A stretch of DNA of 64,000 nucleotides from Proteromonas lacertae (lineage: Eukaryota): NCBI GenBank assembly GCA_002245135.1, contig NGBS01000588.1:62001-126000 (forward strand), in the 5' to 3' direction. Below are positions 54,533-64,000 of this stretch, one piece after another. Position numbers and translations under genes: made by a program. Position 1 is the stretch's first letter. The number at the start of each line of letters is the position of its first letter. The notes beneath the pieces were generated by a model. The model was not told the DNA's origin. It did no database searches and saw only the letters and a program-made list of their open reading frames with translations.

Positions 54533-55681
54533 TTAATTTAAATCAAAATAATCTATTTGACAAGAGCATATGGATAAGGAACCTATTTTATTTAAAGAAT
54601 GTCCTAATGAGATATATCCAACTGACTTTAGATAATGTGGTTTGTCTTTATCTCCATTATTATTTTTTTGAAAATTTGAAAATGAAGTAAAACATGTAGA
54701 ACTACTTCTTTTCGAATATCCAAATCTCTTTTTAATTTGATACAACACATTGATCCTTGCTTTATTGGGAATTGTGTCAATACAGAAGTCGTAGTGATAT
54801 GGAGATGGTTTATTCCTAAACAGTACTCTATTGCATTTCTTAAAACAATTTTCTTTATTTGGAGGTTTTAAAATCGCATCAGATAATGTAAAAGTTGAAT
54901 TAGCTACAGACATAATATTTATAACGAAATTATAATAGTTCTTTCTTGTTATGATATTTTTATAAGTTTCATTATCAAATATACATGTTTTAATATCTTT
55001 TTTTAAGTTATGAATGCAAGACAAGTATTGATTACTATTTCTTACAAAATTCGTAAATACTTTAAGATCATAAACATCAGACACAGAACTATTAATGATA
55101 ATAATTCAATATACTCTAAATTCAACATAAGTTCAGCAAATTGAGTTTCTTTATAGCCAAAATAATATATAAATCGATTTGCTTGCTCTTTAGTAATTAT
55201 TAAATTGCTTGCAACACCATACATGGATAATAGTACTGATAGAATATCATCGGTATTGTAGAACAGAAAAAAACATGCAAACAACACAAATTCATTACAA
55301 CTGACTACCTTATCAGTAAAAAAATACCTAATAAATCCTCTGTTTTCTGGTTCAAAGTATAGTTCTAAATCTGCTTTTAATATACTGCATTTTTCTGGAT
55401 GTTTGTTCCACACACAAAGATACGAACTGATTATTGTATTAACTTCATAGTTATTTACTATTAATTTGTATGATTTCGGAAAATAGTATACAAAATAACG
55501 TTTTACATACAGATAACGCCAGATGCGTCACTGGTAAATAAAGTTCTTGATTTAGTTTTTGTTTCTTTGAAAGATCAAATGCTTTTCTCTACAGAGAGTA
55601 TAAAAATAAAATAAAATATACATAGTCACAATTAACAGGCTCTAATATTATTCTTGAATTTATGGGTGTAATTATAGACAT
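54533..55681 (-). CDS. Tandem family member A (unknown, degenerate EF-hand-like)
   Basis: MSIITP start, YFEPENRGFIRYFF, SCNEFVLF, QIKKRFGYSKRSSS. Confidence 0.75.
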
Positions 55682-56090
55682 TTAAATCTCAGAATTTTAA
55701 AGAACGATTTTGTTCTTTTTTGTTCGTTTTAGTAAAAAAATGTACAATAAAAAGTAAATTTCTATTTATTATAGAAAATCGTGTTATATGAGAGTATTTA
55801 GATGTTAAATATATGAGAAATGGCCTTATTAATTCCTAAATTTAATTTAGTCAAGAATTAAGTGTTTAGAATATAAACTGATAATCAATATGCTAATTGT
55901 AATAACTAAATAATTTATATTCCGAATGTGAATGTGATGACTGGGAAAGAATCGTTGTTAAAACTAACATGTTTTTATTAAAAATGGATTTTACACAGGA
56001 AACCAATTGATAACTTGTAATCAATACTTGTGGGGGGGGGGGGAAAGTTTATAAAACTAAAAATAATTATAAAAAATTGACTAATTTACA

Positions 56091-57228
56091 TCAAATAGAC
56101 TCACAAGGAAGTATTTTGCTTGGATTATTGTTAATGGAAAAATATCTGTTATTCGATCTTGAAGATTGTTTATATCTATCAGATTGTAGAGATAGTTTAT
56201 TACTGCTCTGTATATTCGAAAATGATGTAAAACATGTAGAACTACTTCGTTTGGAATAACCAAATCTTTGTTTAATTTGAAGCAACACATTAATTTTTGC
56301 ATTTCTAGGATTAGTATCTATGCAATAATCATAGTGATATGGAGGTGGCTTATCTGTGAATATTACTCGGTAACACTTCTTATAACACTTCTCTGTGTTT
56401 GGTGGAGTTAAATTAACCATTGACAAATTAATTTCAGGATTCACTTTACAAATATTATTTATTTCAAAATTAAAATAGTTCATTCTTGTAACTATATTTC
56501 TTAATGATTCTATATCAAATGTATATTTCTTAATATCCAATTTCAGCTTGTGAATTGCATTTAAATATGTTCCATTGCTTTTTACATGAGATATAAATTT
56601 TTTAATATCATAAACATCTAGTGAATCACTGAAAATATAAAAATATTAATATATGATATTATATACTCTAATTTTAAAGATAATTCAGCTATGCTCAACT
56701 GATCAAATCCAAAGCTATGTAAAAATCTATTTACTTGATCTTTAGTTATTATTAAATTACTTACAACGCCACACATTGATAGCAACACTGATAATATGTC
56801 ATCACTTTCATAAAATAGAAAAAAACATGTAAATAACACAAAATCATTACAGCTAATAGTGTCTTCTATAAAAAAATATCTGATAAACCCTCGATTATCT
56901 GGTTGAAAGAATGATTCTAAATCTACTTTTAGTATGAAGCTCTTTTCAGGGATTTTACTCCATATAAAGAGATATGAGCTGATAATTGTATTAATCTCAT
57001 AATTGTTTACTAATTAGAGTTCAATTATTTGAATTTAATATACGAAACAGCGATTTACATATAGCTAATGCTGTTTGTGTGATTGGAAAATATAATCCTT
57101 GATTTTTATTCTGCTGCTTCATTAGATCAAAAGCTACTCTCTAAGCTATGTAAAAATAATAACGATACATAATCAGAACAAGTCGGTTCTATTGTAGATT
57201 TTGTATTTTTAGGTGTTATTAACGGCAT
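56091..57228 (-). CDS. Tandem family member B
   Basis: Same exon layout and motifs as member A. Confidence 0.75.
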
Positions 57229-57626
57229 TATGATTTACGAAAAAAGAATTGATTTGTTCGTTTCATTTAAAAAAGTATGAAAAAAACGTTACAGTGTATA
57301 TTATATTAGAAATAGATAACTATAATGGTTTTAATATTGGATGAAAAACAAAATAACAAGCAATTGTTATAGCTGACAGCATCTTCTGTGATGTAAAATT
57401 GAGTGAATCCTTAGTTTTCAGAATTAAAATAAGTTTTTATATATCCCATTTTCATATATCGTTTTTATTTGAATTTTTTCTCCATAAGCGCAAAAACTAT
57501 TAAATTAATGTGAATCAAAAAGATTGAAAATTCATTGATATAACATAGTCTTTCCTTAATAAAAAAAGTTACTATAAAAATACTAATTAATAATTATCAC
57601 ATAAATAATCACTAAAGTTAATTAAT

Positions 57627-58805
57627 TCATTTACTACATGCAGATGGATAAGGAACAACTTTATTTATCGGATTTCCAAATGAAAAATGTCTTAAATTAG
57701 ATTTACAAAAAACTAAACATTCTTTTTCTTTTTCTTTCTCTGAAATTTGAGATTTATTACTATCTTGAATTCTTCCAGTTAAAAATGATGTAAAACGAGT
57801 TGAACTACTTCGTATTGAATATCCAAATCGTTGTTTTATTTGATACAACACATTAACTCTAGCTTTTTTGGGACAAGTATTAATACAGAAATCAAAATGA
57901 CATGGATTAGGTTTATTACTAAATATTCTTCTAGAAGCTTTCTTAAAACTTACTTTAGTGGAGTTAAATGCATTGTATTAAAGTTCATTTCTGGATTTGC
58001 CTTGTACAAATTGTATATTTGAAAATTGTAATAGTTTTTTCTTGTTAGAATATTCATTACAGATTCATCATCAAATGTATATTTCTTTATATTTGATTTT
58101 AGGTTATGAATTGAAGCTAAATACAAGCGACAACTTCTCATACAATTGAAAAACAGTTTAATATCATACACATCATATAGACAACTATATAATAATAATA
58201 ATAATAATAATATACTCTGTTACTGACATTTTAGCAAACTTTAGTTTATCAAATAATTCACCATAATGTGAACTATTAAACCCAAAAGTATATAAAAATT
58301 GAGTAATTTGTTTTGTACAAATCATTAAATTACTTGCTACTCCACTCATAGATAATAGAACAGATAAAATGTCATCAGTACTGTAGAATAGGAAGAAGCA
58401 CACAAATAGCACAAAATCATTACAACTAATAGTATTTTCTGTAAAGAAATATCTAATAAAACCTCGATTCTCTGGTTCAAAGTAAGATTCTAAATCCACT
58501 TTAGAAATATTGTTCTTTTCTGGATTTCTGCTCCACATATGCAAATATCCACTGATTATTGTGTTGATTTCATAGTTATTTACTAAATAGAAACAAAATC
58601 AATTTGATAAAATATACAAAATAGGGTTTTACATATTTCCAATGTAATTTTTGTGATAGGGAAATAGAGTTCTTGATGTCTTTTGCCATTTGTCTTCTGT
58701 AACAGATCATAAGCTATTCTCTAAGAAAAATATGTTAAAATATACATAATCAGAACTAGTAGGCTCTGATGTAATTTTAGAACTTGTAGGAGAAATAATT
58801 GACAT
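57627..58805 (-). CDS. Tandem family member C (frameshift, or a new 23-nt intron at 57931-57953)
   Basis: Same motifs. Net 7 nt shorter than member D in the last exon. Confidence 0.65.
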
Positions 58806-59214
58806 GATATTGTTCAAAAAGAAAACAACATGTGTGTTTTTGTCCGTTTCATAAAAAATTGTTAAATCCTTGAATGATGATATGCTATGTGTAGATGATA
58901 TATATATTGGAATATAAATTCCAAATGTAATAATTTTGCGATTATGAATATTATCATAGTAGTTTAATATGTTATATATAAATCTTGTTATTAAATAGAT
59001 AATGCACTAATATGGATGATTGATTAAGAATTATACATGTATATATTCAATAGTAAATTTACACTTGCTATTACTATTATTGCTTTATGTGTCTTTATTA
59101 GTTCATTTTAAAACACATTAGATATAATCAAACATCACAAAATATTAAATTACAATACTTTATACTAATTAACACTTATCATTTATCACAAAATATCACA
59201 ATTAATCACAAAAA

Positions 59215-60450
59215 TTAATTATTAGAATATTTACTACATGCAGAAGAATATGGAACTATTTTATTTATAGGAATACCAAATGAAAAATGTCTTACATTAG
59301 ATTTACACGATAGTGGACATTCTCTATCTTTATTTGATCTAGAAGATTGTAGTTTATCTTTTTCTTTATCTATTACTTGAGATTTCTTATTATCTTGAAT
59401 TCTTGCAGTAGATAAAGACATAAAACAAGTTGAACTACTTCGTTTTGAATATCCAAATCGCTGTTTTATTTGAAATAATACTATAGCTTTAGCTTTATTT
59501 GGACAAGTATCAATACAGAAATCAAAATGAGAAGGATCTGGTTTATTTGTGAATAAAACTCTTGTACATTTCTTCACACAACTTTCTACTTTTAGTGGAG
59601 CTAAATGCATTGTATTAAAGTTCATTTCTGGATTTGCCTTGTACAAATTATTTATTTGAAAATTGTAATAGGTCCTTCTGGCAGTGATATTTCTTATACA
59701 TTCATCATCAAAAGCATATTTTCTTATATTTACTTTTAAATTATGAATTGATGATAAATATAGGTGACAATTTGCTATATAATTAAAAAAAAGTTTAATA
59801 TCATAGACATCTGATGGACAACTATATAAATATTAATAAAAATAGTATATATATACTCTGGATATAACAGAATTGTATTTTCTAATTTATCAAAAAGTTC
59901 TAAAAAATATGAACTATCAAATCCAAAACTAAACAGAAATTTGTTTATTTGGTCTTTAGTTATCATTATATTACTTGTAACACCACACATCGCTAGGAGC
60001 ACAGATAAAATATCATCAGTACTGTAGTACAGGAAGAAAGACACAAACAGCACAAAATCATTACAACTAATAGTATTTTCTGTAAAGAAATATCTAATGA
60101 AACCTCGGTTCTCTGGTTCAAAGTAAGATTCTAAATCCACTTTAGGTATACTGTTTTTATCTGGATTTCTACTCCACAAATACAGATATCCAGTGATTAT
60201 TGAATTTACTTCATAATTATTTACTATATAGAATTATAATCAATATGATAAAAGTATACAAAATAGGGTTTTACATATAGCCAAGGTAGTTTGTGTTACT
60301 GGGTAATATAATTCTTTATTTATATTGTTATAGTGTTTTTGAAGTTGATCATAAGCTATCCTCTATACTAAATAAAATTATAAACGATACATAATCAGAA
60401 CAAGTAGGTTCTAGTGTTATTTTTGAACTTATTGGGGTGATAATTGACAT
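59215..60450 (-). CDS. Tandem family member D
   Basis: Same exon layout and motifs. Closest to member C. Confidence 0.75.
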
Positions 60451-60864
60451 GAAGAATACTGATAGAAGAGTTTTTTTCTTTTTTAAAATAGCGATGGACA
60501 ATAATTGTAAAGATGATATCTGGTGAATATTTTAGTCTGTTAAATACCATTACACGGCATATTATTGAATCACATCACTTGGGAATTAAAGTGCTACTAA
60601 ATGAGTAATAATTCTGTAAAGATTTAACTGGCCAAATCAATGTGAAATATGTATGATAATATGACATATATATATTCAGTAGTAGTTGAAATTGTTGTTA
60701 TTTGAGTTAATCAAAAAATGAAAAGAATAGGTGACATGGCATTACTTTATTAGTATTAGAAAATGGAAGAAAAGAAAAGAATAATAGTATCATATGATAT
60801 ATGTGGTAATAAAAAAGTGAAAAAAAATCTAAACATTTTAACCTATATTACATACTAATTACAC

Positions 60865-62026
60865 TTACTTACTATAAACAGACGGATGTGGATTTATTTT
60901 ATTTGCAGTAGTAGTTCCAATCGATAAGTGTCTAGTGTTAGTGGTAGATTGTTTTTCTTTATCAGATTTTTGAGATTTCTTTTTTTCTGGATATGTTGAT
61001 GTAGAAGATGATATAAAACGAGTGGAACTACTTCTTTTGGAATAACCAAATCTTTGCTTTATTTGATATAAAACATTTATTCTTGAGTTACAAGGATATG
61101 AATCAATGCGAAAATTGTAATGATATGGAGGTGGATTATTTGTGAATAACATTCTCATACATTTTTCACAGCAATTTTCATTATGTGGTTCTGATAACTG
61201 TAAATCAGCAATATTCAGATTTGGATTTTCTCTCATCATACTTGTTATTAGATAATTGTAATAATCTCTTCTAGAAATTATATTTCTAATTTTTACATTA
61301 TCAAATGTATATTTTTTAATATTTAATTTTAGATTGTGAATAGTTATTAAACATTTATGACAGTCTCTCATATAACTTATAAATAATTTAATATCATATA
61401 CACCAGATGGAGTACTATAAATGTATATAACAAATATACAATATACTCTGGAGAAGATATCGAATTATTCTCTAAATAGGTAAAAAGATCAGTAAAGCTA
61501 CTATTAAATCCAAAATTACTTAAAAATCTGTTCACCTGGTCTTTTGTTATCATTAAATTACTAGATACACCACACATCGCAATCATTACAGACAAAATGT
61601 CATCAGTATTATAGAAAAGGAAAAAACACACAAACAACACAAAATCATTACAACTAATGGTATCTTCAGTAAAATAATATCTAATGAATCCCTTATTTTC
61701 TAACTCAAAATAAGATTCCATGTCACTTTTAGATATATGGTTTTTTTCATCGTCATTACTCCATAAAGCAAAATATGCGCTGACTATTGTGTTTACTTCA
61801 TAGTTATTTACTAAACAATTATATATCAAGAAATATAACATACAAAACAGAGTTTTACACATAGCCACCGTATTTTGTGTCATTGGAAAATATACATCTT
61901 CATTAATATTTTTGCTTCGAAGTAAATTGTAAGCTATCTTCTAAAAAATATATATTATGATGATACATAGTCAGAACTTGCAGGTTCTATTGCAGATCTT
62001 GAATTTATTGGAGTTATAATTGACAT
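60865..62026 (-). CDS. Tandem family member E
   Basis: Same exon layout and motifs. Confidence 0.75.
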
Positions 62027-62499
62027 GTAGTGCTAAAGAATTTTTAAGAAAAAAAATATAGGTTGGTTTTTAATATTGTTTAAACACTATTACTATTTTT
62101 CTAAGTGCTTATTTTATTATATTAAATGTCATTATGGGGAAATGTTTTATTACTATAGCTTAGGATATAACATTTAAAGCGACAAACTAAATTCTATAAG
62201 TAAAGTAAGGTTGATTTTATCACATAAATTAATGAATAATGGTTTAATAATCTATGTGTAATTTATGATTAGTCTAAAAATTAATTGGAAAATAGTATAA
62301 AATAAATCAAATATTTAATATTTAATATTATAATAGTATATATTTAATCATCCTATCACTTTAACATAAACGAAATGTCAATTTAAAAAATCACAACTAT
62401 CAACTACATAAAATCAAAGTAAAATAAATAAATAAATACTAAAATCTGAATATCCTAACATATATAACTATGTTTAATGGATAAACTACCAAACTATTT

Positions 62500-63655
62500 C
62501 TATTTGCTACAAACAGAAGATGGGTATGGAACTATTTTATTCACAACCATTCCAAGTGAATATTTATTATTATATGATCCACAAGAAGAACCTCTAGAAG
62601 TATGATTATTATCATGAGATGTAGAAAATGATGTAAAACATGTAGAACCTCTTTTAGAATAACCAAATCTTTGTTTAATTTGAAAAAGTAGATTGATTCT
62701 TGCTTTATGTGGAGAACAATCTATACAAAAATCGTAATGATATGGCGGTGGTTTATTTGTAAAAACAATTCTAACACATTTACTAAAACATCTTTCTCTT
62801 TTTGGTGGAGATAAATGTAAAGTGGAAAAGTTCATTTCTGGATTTACTTTATACATATTATGTATTTCATAGTTATAATAATTCTTTCTTGCTATTATGT
62901 TTTTCATTGTTTCATCATCAAATGTGTATTTCTTTATATTTAATTTTATTTTGTGAACTGCTGTTAAATATGTGTGACAATCCCTCATGTAATTGATAAA
63001 TAATTTAATGTCATACATATCAGAACAACTATAAATATGTTAAAATTAATAATAATAAATACTGAGGAGAAGAAAAACCACTTCTTTCTAAAAATATAAA
63101 AAGGTCTTTACTATAAACAAGACTAAAACCAAAATATCTTAAAAACCTATTCACTTGCTCTTTAGTAATTAATAAATTACTTGTTACTCCACACATTGAA
63201 AGTAATACTGACAATATATCATCGCTGTTATAGAAAAGGAAGAAACAGACAAATAGTACAAAATCATTACAGCTGATGGTATTATCTATAAAGAAATTTC
63301 GAACAAAACCTATATTTTCTGGTTCAAAGTAAGATTCCATCTCAGCTTTTGTTATATGGTTATTTTCCGAATTATTACTCCAGAGAGTAAGATATGAACT
63401 GACTATTGTATTCACTTCATAGTTGTTTACTATATATTTTAGATAATAACTACATATATCATACAAAAAAGTGTTTTGCATATTGATAGCGTTAGATGTG
63501 TAACTGGAACATAAAGGATTTGATCTCTATAGTTGTACTGATGTTGAAGTAGATCATAAGCAACTTTCTAAACCACATAAAAATGATAATGATACATAAT
63601 CAGATGATGTTGGCTCTATAGTGGCTTTTGAGCTAGTTGGAGTAATTAAAGACAT
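62500..63655 (-). CDS. Tandem family member F
   Basis: Same exon layout and motifs. Confidence 0.75.
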
Positions 63656-64000
63656 AAAATGAAGAAATTTTATTAAAAGAAATGTTTTTTACCGTTACAC
63701 ATTCAACACATATTTGATCATTCGTCTGCGTTATAATATAAAATTCTATTGAACATTAATCATCTACAAACCTCGGAAATGGAGTAACTTGCAACAAATA
63801 ACCATATCAGTGAAGGATATTACACGTTATGATTACAATAATAAAACTTTATATTAGTATATGATATATTAACCGAAACTAAAAATATAATTCAAAGTAA
63901 ACAGTGAGTTTTTATTCATTAACTCAAAATATGGATGTATAAGCAGAGTAGTGATTAATTTATAGAACTATAACGCACTTGGCCATTTTATAACTTATCA

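Noticed and set aside
56032..56043. G12 tract as a G-quadruplex element
   Set aside because: Single homopolymer, absent from the other array spacers, and its length is unreliable.

Overview
Very AT-rich, gene-dense eukaryotic DNA. Its many tiny (~25-35 nt) GTAT...AG introns split most genes across several entries of the ORF track. Intron size, complex I and PPR genes, putative-Ig families and a TGTTTGTT motif downstream of genes suggest a Blastocystis-like stramenopile (inference). Housekeeping genes: Rpn1, NDUFA13, a PDI-like thioredoxin, a PARN-family nuclease, eIF2B-delta, a Rab32/38-like GTPase, UGPase and a PPR protein. Accessory content: a dispersed, mosaic BTB-Ig-SPRY family (4 copies plus a fragment), a six-copy tandem array of unknown EF-hand-like genes, a full-length hAT transposon with an 8-bp TSD and an older hAT relic, a 260-bp-arm inverted repeat, and several captured gene fragments. 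The most striking gene (27753-32931) joins a FYVE-like Zn finger, a PDZ-like domain, SPRY, ARM, LRR, a CHAT caspase-like protease and a C-terminal STAND/NB-ARC NTPase, i.e. a rearranged NLR/inflammasome-like protein. Domain calls are by eye from motifs and exon joins are manual. Many 1-nt indels between ~46 and 54 kb may be assembly errors.
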